From positions 1 to 22,718 of the forward strand of contig CAJWHW010000031.1 in the NCBI GenBank assembly GCA_913040915.1: a stretch of 22,718 nucleotides of DNA, in the 5' to 3' direction. The notes below the pieces were generated by a model. That model was given only the letters and a program-made list of their open reading frames with translations. It searched no databases and was not told where the DNA came from. The first letter of the stretch is position 1; each line of letters opens with the position of its first letter. Shown piece by piece: positions 1-8,863 of the stretch. Both the position numbers and the translations under genes were made by a program. The DNA comes from an uncultured Fidelibacterota bacterium. GTDB taxonomy: Bacteria > Fidelibacterota > Marinisomatia > Marinisomatales > UBA1611.

Positions 1-1215
1 CTAATCAAATGCATAGATTAATTCCAAAACTGGTTTATTATCATCTTCTATATTGAAATGAATGAGATCAAAAGGGTTATTTTTTTCATCGCTTATTAGC
101 TTAAAACCAAAATTAGGTTCATTGCCAAGTGCTACATTTTGGAAAAATGCTTTAAGAGAAATAGTAAATAATCCATTATCAATTGATGAAGATACACGAT
201 ATGGGTAACCAATTCCTTGAAATGGATCGGATTCAAAAATTGTATTGGATGTATCCAAATCTGTTTCAGTTGGGTCAACAATAATATTAAAATCATTGAA
301 ACTTAAGGATGTATCAACGGATATTTTTAAGTTAGCCTTGCGTATTAATGCACCATCTGGGATTGATGATGAATCAAAATCAATAGAAATTATAGATCTT
401 AATCCAAGTCCATTACTTAAGCTTATTTTATTTGTGTCCGAATCGACATTACTGGAATTAAATACCGATATATCTCCAAAGGAATAAATTGTAAAATCGG
501 ATGTATCATAGGATGTAGAATCTTGATCAATTTCAATTTTCTGATGATAATAGCCTTTTACTTTCGGATCTCTAGACCCGCTGCTAGCTTCCCTGCTATA
601 TATTTCAATAAAATTTGTATCACTATTTATTAATTGGATCGCGAATGATCTGATTAGATTAGAATCTGCTGTATCTGTTAATGTTTCTACTAAACTCATA
701 ATATCCCAAATCAATTCAGTTTGAGTAAAAAAACCAGAAGTATCATTTAGCACTTTAACACTTGGCGGTCCTAAATCAATCCAATCAGAAAGTGAGAAAC
801 CATCAAAATCAAAATAAGTACTTTTAGATTCACTAAATTGGGAATCTGATTTAAAATAAAGAAGCGGACTAGATACTTGAGATAATGTACTATCATCAGA
901 GTAAAGTATAAAATGTAAACTATCGAATTCTATCGTTGAGTCTAAATAATAATCCCAATACAATGCGTCATTAATACCGATAAACGATATTGGAATTTGA
1001 ATTTCATTTTTATTACCGAGATATAATCTTTCATTAGAACCAAGGCTCGGAGCAACTCTATATGTGATGGCGTCATCAATTTTTATAGATAGAGTATCAA
1101 TATTTAGCGATAAATGGGATAAGTCTGCTTCTATTGGGCTTTCTGTACACTGCCAGGATGATAAGGTTAAATAGAAAACTACGAGAAGATTCCCTTTATA
1201 AAATCGCTTTTTCAT
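1..1215 (-). CDS. Acidic predicted lipoprotein, possibly DUF4270-like
   Basis: 404-aa ORF with TAG stop at 1-3. Basic N-terminus, hydrophobic stretch and Cys23 (LSSWQC, atypical lipobox) followed by acidic residues; Asp/Ser-rich. Its position after a short glycogen synthase-like gene recalls the Bacteroidetes GT5-DUF4270 pair (from memory). Confidence 0.55.
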   Translation of the reverse strand: MKKRFYKGNLLVVFYLTLSSWQCTESPIEADLSHLSLNIDTLSIKIDDAITYRVAPSLGSNERLYLGNKNEIQIPISFIGINDALYWDYYLDSTIEFDSLHFILYSDDSTLSQVSSPLLYFKSDSQFSESKSTYFDFDGFSLSDWIDLGPPSVKVLNDTSGFFTQTELIWDIMSLVETLTDTADSNLIRSFAIQLINSDTNFIEIYSREASSGSRDPKVKGYYHQKIEIDQDSTSYDTSDFTIYSFGDISVFNSSNVDSDTNKISLSNGLGLRSIISIDFDSSSIPDGALIRKANLKISVDTSLSFNDFNIIVDPTETDLDTSNTIFESDPFQGIGYPYRVSSSIDNGLFTISLKAFFQNVALGNEPNFGFKLISDEKNNPFDLIHFNIEDDNKPVLELIYAFD

Positions 1216-1237
1216 TTTGAATGAATTATATGATAAA

Positions 1238-2068
1238 TCAGTCGGAAAGTTTCTCTAAAACTTTATCCATTTTGTCTGCTATAGCATTGTAATCAGGCAT
1301 TTCGTCATCAGACCATTTTACTACAGAAACTTTTTTCTTATTTTCTTTTAGTCCATCCTTTTTGAGCAATGTATCAGAGATTGTTTTACTCGGTTTATCA
1401 AAAATAATTATGGCGTCAGCTTCATAGGCTGCTACCTCATAAACATTTAGCATTTTTCCTTTTAGTGAATCATGGATAGGAACTTCTGCCATTTCTAAAT
1501 CTTTTCTCGAAACATCTGCATATTCATCTAAATCATGTATGACCATAACAGTTTTAATATTCTGGTAAAATTCATTTATACCATCAAAATGCTTATTAAA
1601 CATGCCTGGAACCATTGCACTTTGCCAACCATTGCAAATAAAAATATCCGGTGTCCAAAATAGATGAGGCAAGGTGCTCAACACTGCTTTAGAAAAGAAG
1701 CCATATCTTTCTCCATTATCTGCTAACACACGCCCATTTTTTGATTTATAAACTAAATTTGTTAAGGGTTTAAACCAGTGTTCATCTTCAAGAAAATATA
1801 CCTGCACCCTAGTTTTTGGAATGAAAGCACTTTTTGCACTAGCGCTCATATCAGAGCCATTAAACTGAAATGGAATATCACGTAGTCGAATAACTTCTCT
1901 AAGAATATATTTTCGCTCACTGACATATCCATACTTAGGAATAATAGTGCGAATATCATGACCTTTTTCTTGCAGTGCCAGTGGAACTTTTGCTGAAAAT
2001 TCACCCAAACCAGAAACATTGGCAAATGGAGTGATTTCAGTTGTTAAATAATAGAGTTTTTGAGGCAT
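1238..2068 (-). CDS. Glycogen/starch synthase-like protein, N-terminal GT5 (Glyco_transf_5) domain only
   Basis: TEITPFANVSGLGEF (cf. SE.AP..KTGGL.DV), LQEKGHDIRTIIPKYG, DNGERYGFFSKA, PDIFICNGWQ, VMVIHD. Only 276 aa, with no C-terminal GT-B domain. Confidence 0.85.
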   Translation of the reverse strand: MPQKLYYLTTEITPFANVSGLGEFSAKVPLALQEKGHDIRTIIPKYGYVSERKYILREVIRLRDIPFQFNGSDMSASAKSAFIPKTRVQVYFLEDEHWFKPLTNLVYKSKNGRVLADNGERYGFFSKAVLSTLPHLFWTPDIFICNGWQSAMVPGMFNKHFDGINEFYQNIKTVMVIHDLDEYADVSRKDLEMAEVPIHDSLKGKMLNVYEVAAYEADAIIIFDKPSKTISDTLLKKDGLKENKKKVSVVKWSDDEMPDYNAIADKMDKVLEKLSD

Positions 2069-2077
2069 TTCTTAGTT

Positions 2078-2896
2078 TTAATTAATAGATAACTGTTTCA
2101 AGGCATCTTTCGCTTTAGGGTAATATTCACTTCCGGGGAAATAATCAATTAAGCGTTGAAATTCTTGACGAGCTTTATCAATATTGCCCATACTTTGATA
2201 TGAAAGTCCAATTTTAAGTTGCGCATCATCGTCTTTGTCTGTTCCGGCGTAAGTAAAAACTTTTTCAAATTCTGCAATAGCCATTTTGAAATCTTTCCGA
2301 GAATAATAACATTCTGCAAGCCAATATTGACTATTATCTGCCAAATCATTTGTTGCATCTGATTTTACTAATTCCTGGAATCCGATAATCGCTTCATTAA
2401 ACTCCTGGTTTTGAAAATGGCCAAGACTTTTCATGTAAGTTTGTTTATACTGGCGTGCATTAAACTTAGGTTCACTTGATATTGGTGTACCTGATTTCAA
2501 TTTTGCCATTTCGTTATAACTATTAGTCAGAGTCACTATTTTGTTTTCCACCAGAACCAGTTTATTTAAAATCTCTAATGCTGTACTGTCCATATATGTT
2601 GATTTATTTTCCAAATTAGCAATTTTATTACTTAGTGTATTTATTCTTTTCAATACAACTAATGTAACCGAATCTTGCTGTGCTTTACTTTTAACAGCTT
2701 GCTTAAATGCAGACATTAATTCAGGCAGTAAAATTTGATTATCAAGTTCTAGAGAATCTACCTGTACTCGGATACGATCAATTTTCGCATTAAGCCTACG
2801 CAATTCACGCTCTGAGTCCTTTTGAGCAAATGCAAAACTTGATATTTGAATGATGATGAAAAATAATGAAATGATGTATGTGGAATGATTTGTCAT
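2078..2896 (-). CDS. CpoB/YbgF-like periplasmic coiled-coil plus TPR protein
   Basis: Signal peptide ending AFA-Q, long coiled coil, and C-terminal TPRs with hallmark DLADNSQYWLAECYY, KDDDAQLKIGLSY and LIDYFPGSEY. Confidence 0.8.
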   Translation of the reverse strand: MTNHSTYIISLFFIIIQISSFAFAQKDSERELRRLNAKIDRIRVQVDSLELDNQILLPELMSAFKQAVKSKAQQDSVTLVVLKRINTLSNKIANLENKSTYMDSTALEILNKLVLVENKIVTLTNSYNEMAKLKSGTPISSEPKFNARQYKQTYMKSLGHFQNQEFNEAIIGFQELVKSDATNDLADNSQYWLAECYYSRKDFKMAIAEFEKVFTYAGTDKDDDAQLKIGLSYQSMGNIDKARQEFQRLIDYFPGSEYYPKAKDALKQLSIN

Positions 2897-2932
2897 AATT
2901 ATTGGCCCATTTAGTTCGGCAAATCGTCTATG

Positions 2933-2960
2933 AATTTACCTTTTGTTAATCTTTCATCAA
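2933..2960 (-). promoter_or_regulatory. Putative sigma70-like promoter for the cpoB-like/GT5/lipoprotein genes
   Basis: Minus strand reads TTGATG (2960-2955), 16 nt, TAAATT (2938-2933) in the 73-bp gap, about 36 nt upstream of the ATG. Confidence 0.35.
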
Positions 2961-2969
2961 ATAAGTTTA

Positions 2970-4199
2970 TCATTCAGTATAATTCACACTTAGCTTTAAA
3001 ATAAAACCTATCATTAAGTAACTTGCAATGAGAAATGAGCCACCAGCGGAGATAAATGGAAACGGTAATCCCTTTACGGGGATTAATCCAACAGTCATGG
3101 CAGTATTTACAAATACATGAGATAATAAGACTGTTGCAAAACCAATTAAAGCAAGGCTCGAGAAACGATCTTTCGAAAAAAATGAATGTTTTACCACCTG
3201 GGATATTAAGAAACCAAATAATATCAATATAATTGATACCGAAATAAAACCTAATTCTTCACCTATAACCGATAAAATAAAATCAGATTCTTGTACTGGT
3301 AAAAATTTTAAATGTGTTTGCGTCCCTTCGCCCCATCCTTTTCCAAATATTCCTCCAGATCCTATTGCTGTTTTACTTTGGATAATTTGATACGCGGCAC
3401 CAAGTGGATCTACTTCTGGATTAATAAATGTTATAATTCTTCCTTGCTGATATGGTGTCAAAGAATTCCACAAGAAAGGTGAAAAAAGGCCTAAGAATAT
3501 ATTACCAAAAAATAAGCCAATAGACATCAATCGATTAGGCCTTGCAATAACTATGGTTAGCCCAAGAACAAAAGCCCAAATTGTAAATGCAATATTGTGA
3601 AAAGCTGTTAACATACTTAGCAAAGGAGCTAAAACTAAAAATAAATAAAATGGTCGAGCCCCAGACCAGTATAACATAGGCAACACTGGAGCTAGCATTA
3701 CAATTGCAGTACCTAAATCTGGTTGGTTCATGACAATAGCTGTTGGGATCAGAACCATAATGATAGGAATTATAATTGATGTAAAGTGTCTCATTTGCAG
3801 ATTATGATCTGAAAGGTAACGGGCTAAAGAAATAATGATAAATACTTTTGCAAATTCACTTGGCTGTATAGAAAGTGAAAAACCAATATTCAACCAACGA
3901 TAGGTACCAGCATGCGGATTACCAGAAAATGGTAATAAAACCAATATTATACCCAAAACATAAATAGCATAAGCATATTTATGTATACTATAACGTGGAA
4001 TATAGAGAACGCCTACAGCTCCAATTAGTGCAGGAATTAAAAATATTATTTGTTTAAAAAATGGATTATGTAAAAAGGTTCCTGAATTATGTTGAGAAAT
4101 ACTTTTTAGGACAATTAAGCCAAATAATGTTAGTATTCCAGCTGCCCATATTATCTTTAACGGTAATTCCTTAAAATCAACTGACTGCGTGTTTATCAT
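2970..4199 (-). CDS. rodA: Rod shape-determining protein RodA (SEDS peptidoglycan glycosyltransferase)
   Basis: Multi-pass membrane protein with RWL...IQPSEFAK, QPDLGTA, YQIIQSKTAIGSGG, LPVQESDFI and GLPFPFISAGGS. ATGA overlap with mrdA. Confidence 0.95.
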   Translation of the reverse strand: MINTQSVDFKELPLKIIWAAGILTLFGLIVLKSISQHNSGTFLHNPFFKQIIFLIPALIGAVGVLYIPRYSIHKYAYAIYVLGIILVLLPFSGNPHAGTYRWLNIGFSLSIQPSEFAKVFIIISLARYLSDHNLQMRHFTSIIIPIIMVLIPTAIVMNQPDLGTAIVMLAPVLPMLYWSGARPFYLFLVLAPLLSMLTAFHNIAFTIWAFVLGLTIVIARPNRLMSIGLFFGNIFLGLFSPFLWNSLTPYQQGRIITFINPEVDPLGAAYQIIQSKTAIGSGGIFGKGWGEGTQTHLKFLPVQESDFILSVIGEELGFISVSIILILFGFLISQVVKHSFFSKDRFSSLALIGFATVLLSHVFVNTAMTVGLIPVKGLPFPFISAGGSFLIASYLMIGFILKLSVNYTE

Positions 4200-5959
4200 T
4201 TTAAAACTAAATCTGTTTCTTTAAACATTTTTGTGAATATTTTTTGTACCACAGGCGCTGCTACTGACCCTCCTGATCCTGCATTTTCAAGTAATACTAC
4301 AATTGAATATTTTTTGTCAAAAACTTCGCACCAACCTGTAAACCAGGCGTGATTTTCACCATGCGGGTTTTCTGCTGTACCAGTTTTTCCAAATACCTTT
4401 AAATCTGAAATATTTGGTTGTGACTCTCTGCCAGTACCCTTCCTGTGAGTTACCACTTTTCTTAAATCTGAAATTATAGTTTCCCAAGTAGCAGATTTTA
4501 ATATAGGATTGAAATTTTCGGGTAACTGATCAACCCTTACAAAATGCGGTATTTGAGCATTACCACGGGTAGCAATTAAGTTTACATAATTTAGAACTTG
4601 AATTGGTGTTACAAGTAATTCACCCTGGCCAATACAAATATTCAATAAGGCTCCTTTGCTCCATCCATATCGCCCGTGAATTTCATTCATTAGACTAGTA
4701 GATGGTACTATACCAACAGATTCGCCAAATATATCAACCTGTGTAGGATAACTAAATCCAAAAGCTTTAAATGATTCTGAAAGTTCATCCAGATCGAAAT
4801 AATGAATTGTTTTATAAAAATATACATCGCATGAATTGACCATTGCAGACGTTAAATCCATCTCTCCATGACCTTTATCAAACCAACACCCAAATAAACG
4901 ATCACCAAATTGATATGCGCCATCACATCGTTGCCTAACTTTAGGATCATATTCTGGTTTATTCAATAAGGTTGCCGCTGTGATCATTTTCACAATAGAT
5001 CCTGGAGGATATAGTCCCTGTATATAGCGGTTAAATAAAGGTCGATCAGGGTGATCAAGTATGTGGCCCCATTCCTGTTCCAACATAAGGCCAGTAAATA
5101 AATCAGGTTTATAATCCGGTGCGCTGACTGCACCTAAGATTTCACCGGTTTCAGGTATTCCAACAAGAATTACACCTCGTCTCTTATCCATAATGTTTTC
5201 TAAAATTTTCTGTACATTGATATCCAATGTTGTGATAATATTTTGACCGGGCTCTGGATTTTGAGGTTTCAATTCATCTACATACCCTACTTCTCGTCCT
5301 AGAGCATCTACTTCATAGAAATATACGCCTCGTTTTCCTTTTAAATAAGTTTCATATCTTTTTTCTAATCCATCCCATCCAATCATGTCACCTAATTCAT
5401 ATTCATTTTTATATTGTAATGATTCTCGAACTGATTTATCTACCTCTTTTACAAATCCTAAAATATGGGAAGCCCTTACATTAGAAGGAAAATATCTTTC
5501 GGGTACTTGTTGATAATATACACCTTCAAGGTCGAGCTTATTTTCTTCTAATTTAGAAATATGATGAAAGGTTAAGTCCTTGGCCAATCGTGTAGGAATA
5601 AATTTTCCACGATAATATTTTTTATAATTATTAGCTAAAGTCAAAGAATCCAAACCAATTGTATTTGAAATAAAGCTAAATTTTTGATCTTTATTTGATA
5701 ATTCTCCAGGAATAGCAGTCAAAACATAGGTAGGAAGATTATCAACCAATATTTGACCGTTTCTATCTAGAATAAGGCCTCGTGGAGCAGAAATAGTTAC
5801 CTTCCTGATACGGTTTGTGTTAGCTTTTTCACTGTATCGATCATGCTTTATAACTTGAATTTGAAAAAACCTTGCTATTAGAATAAAGATTAGAAGCCAG
5901 ATGATACCAACAGCAATTAGATATTGACGAAATGAGACTACGTTTTCTGCTTTTAACAT
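4196..5959 (-). CDS. mrdA: Penicillin-binding protein 2
   Basis: N-terminal TM, APRGLILDRNG, GLEKRYE, YPPGSIVK (SxxK), SCD (SxD typical of PBP2), KTGTAE, HAWF. Lies between mreD and rodA. Confidence 0.95.
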   Translation of the reverse strand: MLKAENVVSFRQYLIAVGIIWLLIFILIARFFQIQVIKHDRYSEKANTNRIRKVTISAPRGLILDRNGQILVDNLPTYVLTAIPGELSNKDQKFSFISNTIGLDSLTLANNYKKYYRGKFIPTRLAKDLTFHHISKLEENKLDLEGVYYQQVPERYFPSNVRASHILGFVKEVDKSVRESLQYKNEYELGDMIGWDGLEKRYETYLKGKRGVYFYEVDALGREVGYVDELKPQNPEPGQNIITTLDINVQKILENIMDKRRGVILVGIPETGEILGAVSAPDYKPDLFTGLMLEQEWGHILDHPDRPLFNRYIQGLYPPGSIVKMITAATLLNKPEYDPKVRQRCDGAYQFGDRLFGCWFDKGHGEMDLTSAMVNSCDVYFYKTIHYFDLDELSESFKAFGFSYPTQVDIFGESVGIVPSTSLMNEIHGRYGWSKGALLNICIGQGELLVTPIQVLNYVNLIATRGNAQIPHFVRVDQLPENFNPILKSATWETIISDLRKVVTHRKGTGRESQPNISDLKVFGKTGTAENPHGENHAWFTGWCEVFDKKYSIVVLLENAGSGGSVAAPVVQKIFTKMFKETDLVLK

Positions 5960-6435
5960 CAGTCCAGCTTATGAAATGGGTAGATTACCTGCAGAATACC
6001 AGCAAAGCTTAAGGTGTAAAGTGTAGTTCCAAACCATTTCCCCCAAAAGAGTCGGGGATTTGTAGCCCAAATGTCCTGATACTGTACCAAGCAAAATATC
6101 ATGAATTGAAGACAAAGTATACCTATCCATGCCATAGTAAAGTGTATTGGATTTAAGCGAGAATAGACACCCATCAAATATCCACCCAGATATCCTGTAA
6201 TTGAATAAATTAAAGGTGAAAGACCAAAAAACGATGCCGTGCCTGAAAGATCTATAATTAGACCAATTAAAAAACCAGCCAAAGTTCCAACCGTACGTCC
6301 ATATTTAACTGCCCAATACAAAACCAATATTACTAAAAAATCTGGACGTACAGTTTCTACTGCAAGAAAATCAGAAAATAATATTTGGATGAACCAAATA
6401 CAAAGCCCGGGGATTGCTAGTTCAGTCCACTTCAA
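5959..6435 (-). CDS. mreD: Rod shape-determining protein MreD
   Basis: Small hydrophobic protein with PDFLVILVLYW and GFLIGLIID; canonical position. Confidence 0.9.
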   Translation of the reverse strand: MKWTELAIPGLCIWFIQILFSDFLAVETVRPDFLVILVLYWAVKYGRTVGTLAGFLIGLIIDLSGTASFFGLSPLIYSITGYLGGYLMGVYSRLNPIHFTMAWIGILCLQFMIFCLVQYQDIWATNPRLFWGKWFGTTLYTLSFAGILQVIYPFHKLD

Positions 6436-7222
6436 CGTTATCCTCTATAATGATAAATACATATTGGAAAGCACTCATATCATTCGGAAGATTAATATTA
6501 ACAACTTTCTGGAAACTGCCTCTTTCATCATATACACCAGCAACTTCACCAACAGGTAATCCAGATGGATATATATCACTAAACCCCGATGTAATTACTT
6601 TATCCCCAATATTTATTTCTACATTTTTTTGGACTTCTCTTATCTGTCCCCTTCCATCGCCTAACCATCTTAAGATGCCAGTAGCACCACTAGGTATAAT
6701 TCTAACGCTTAATCTATAATTCAAGTCTGTTATCAGCTGGACTATTGAAGAAGATTTCCCTGTTTGTATTGTCTTGCCTATAACCCCTTTGGGTGTCAAC
6801 ACTGGTTGGTTTGACTTAACCCCATCTTCATAGCCAGCATCAATTAATATGGAAAGTAAATTTGGTTGAATTCCCTTATTAACAACCCGGGCAGGTTTAA
6901 GAAATAGCTTTGTTTTGCGCTTAAATTCCAACATCCCTAATAATTGTTCATTTTCCTTCTGAAGATTCAACATGGACTCAATTTGAAGAGATAAAGATAG
7001 ATTTGTCTCTCTTAATAATTGGTTTTCCTCTTCCAAAAACATTAATGATCTTACCCAAGTCATGGGAGATGAAATAAATGCAACTAATTCCGACGTTTTT
7101 CCACGAATAACACCCATTCGTGGATCATCATTGTTTAATAGGAGAAAGCTAGAGACTGATATTGAAAGGGCAAAAAGAATATGATCTTTATTACGAACAA
7201 ATGCAAGATATAGGCCCCGCAT
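6422..7222 (-). CDS. mreC: Rod shape-determining protein MreC
   Basis: TM, coiled coil (LQKENEQL), IDAGYEDGV, GVIGK, GDKVITSGFSDIYPSGLPVG. Confidence 0.95.
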   Translation of the reverse strand: MRGLYLAFVRNKDHILFALSISVSSFLLLNNDDPRMGVIRGKTSELVAFISSPMTWVRSLMFLEEENQLLRETNLSLSLQIESMLNLQKENEQLLGMLEFKRKTKLFLKPARVVNKGIQPNLLSILIDAGYEDGVKSNQPVLTPKGVIGKTIQTGKSSSIVQLITDLNYRLSVRIIPSGATGILRWLGDGRGQIREVQKNVEINIGDKVITSGFSDIYPSGLPVGEVAGVYDERGSFQKVVNINLPNDMSAFQYVFIIIEDNVEVD

Positions 7223-7228
7223 ATAAGC

Positions 7229-8254
7229 TTATAACAATACAGCTTCGTATTTTTTCAAGTTTTCCAGAACCATCCCTGTTCCTTTCACTACTGATAATAG
7301 CGGATCTTCTGAAACATTTACAGGTACGTTAGTACGCTCACGGATTATTTGATCAATTCCTTTTAATAGGCTACCGCCACCAGCAAGAATAATACCCCTC
7401 TCAAGGATATCAGCAGCTAGTTCTGGGGGTGTATGTTCCAAGCATTTTTTTACTGCTTCAACAATTTGATTTACCGGGTCTTTTAATGCTTGACGAATTT
7501 CATCAGATGAGACTTCAATAGTTTTGGGAATTCCGGATACAAGATCTCTTCCTTTTACAGCTATTTCCTTTGAACTCATTTTCATAGCTGATCCAACAGA
7601 TTTTTTTATCTGCTCACTCATTCCTAAACCGATTTCCAGTTTATGTTCATTTCTAAACCACTGTAGAACTGCTTCGTCCATTTCATCTCCAGCAATTCTA
7701 ATTGTTTCTTTTGTGACCACACCATTAAGAGATATAACAGCGATCTCGGTTGTTCCACCACCAATATCTACAATGATGTTACCTACAGGTTGACTGATAT
7801 CTAATCCAATACCAATGGCCGCAGCTACAGGTTCTTCAATAAGGTAAACCTCACGAGCGTTGGCACGTTCGCCAGAGTCTTTAACAGCACGACGTTCCAC
7901 TTCAGTTACGCCGGAAGGAACGCAAATAACCATCCTCGGTCTAGCCAGGCGGTTTAAATTTATTTTACGTATAAAGCCTTGTAGCATTCCATCAGTCATC
8001 TTGAAATCAGCAATCACACCATCTTGCAAAGGTCGAATTGTCTCTAACTCTCGGTGAGTCCTGCCCAACATTGCTTTGGCTTCATCACCAACTGCTACTA
8101 TTGAATCATCGTGCACATTTCTTGTTACAATAGAAGGTTCATTAATTACTATTCCTCTTCCTCTAAGCCATATGAGTGTGTTAGCTGTACCTAGGTCAAT
8201 TGCTACATCACCGGCAATCCAATTAATTACATTTGGAAAATTAATGTTGGCCAT
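7229..8254 (-). CDS. mreB: Actin-like cell shape protein MreB
   Basis: IDLGTANT, EPSIV, IRPLQDGVIADF, EEPVAAAIG, VDIGGGTTE, GRDLVSGIP, LAGGGSLL. Confidence 0.98.
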   Translation of the reverse strand: MANINFPNVINWIAGDVAIDLGTANTLIWLRGRGIVINEPSIVTRNVHDDSIVAVGDEAKAMLGRTHRELETIRPLQDGVIADFKMTDGMLQGFIRKINLNRLARPRMVICVPSGVTEVERRAVKDSGERANAREVYLIEEPVAAAIGIGLDISQPVGNIIVDIGGGTTEIAVISLNGVVTKETIRIAGDEMDEAVLQWFRNEHKLEIGLGMSEQIKKSVGSAMKMSSKEIAVKGRDLVSGIPKTIEVSSDEIRQALKDPVNQIVEAVKKCLEHTPPELAADILERGIILAGGGSLLKGIDQIIRERTNVPVNVSEDPLLSVVKGTGMVLENLKKYEAVLL

Positions 8255-8332
8255 GTCTTCTTATTTTAGATGAAAAAGTCATATCCCAATTTACAGAGAA
8301 ATTCCTTATCGAATAAAAAGTCATTTTATAAG

Positions 8333-8863
8333 TTATTTCGCTTCTCTAGCTTTATACATTCCTTGCTTACTTAATGCATCAGCTCGATTATTCTTCTCTC
8401 TTAAAATATGATTTAACGACCAATGACTAAATAATTTTAATTCAGTCATTACTTGCGTGTGTAAATTTTTCATACGATCATTTTTGATTTTATATTCCCC
8501 ATTCACCTGCCTTACAATTAATTCACTATCTGAATAAATATTAATATTTTCAATATTTAATTCATGTGCTACTTGAGCTCCTTTTATTAATGCTAAATAT
8601 TCAGCTTCATTATTTGTTTTATCTATTAATGGTTCAGACACGGTGAATATCTCCTGGCCTTTTCTGAGCAAGGAACATCCAATTCCAGCAGTTTTAGAGT
8701 GTAAATCTGCTGCCCCATCTACATATAAACTTACTTCTTTTTCTTTGGTCTTGCCTTGGTCAGTAATTAAGTCGATTAATATATTTTTATAATCTTCATC
8801 TAAATCATTCAAATTTATCGCTGCTTTAATTGCTTCAATCTGTTTCTTTGTCAGTAGTTTCAT
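8333..8863 (-). CDS. rnhA: Ribonuclease HI family protein (compact RNase_HI_like type)
   Basis: YVDGA, TNNEAEYLAL, IYSDSELIVRQVNGEYKIK and HILREKNNRADALS give an intact D-E-D-D acidic set; about 40-aa N-terminal extension. Confidence 0.88.
   Translation of the reverse strand: MKLLTKKQIEAIKAAINLNDLDEDYKNILIDLITDQGKTKEKEVSLYVDGAADLHSKTAGIGCSLLRKGQEIFTVSEPLIDKTNNEAEYLALIKGAQVAHELNIENINIYSDSELIVRQVNGEYKIKNDRMKNLHTQVMTELKLFSHWSLNHILREKNNRADALSKQGMYKAREAK

Noticed and set aside
1..2068. Frameshifted glgA pseudogene
   Set aside because: The downstream ORF has its own signal peptide and no GT-B C-terminal motifs such as PSxxEPCGL, so it is not the missing half.
8333..8863. Retroelement- or retron-derived RNase H
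   Set aside because: No reverse transcriptase, integrase or msr/msd-like inverted repeats nearby; it matches cellular RNase HI-like proteins.
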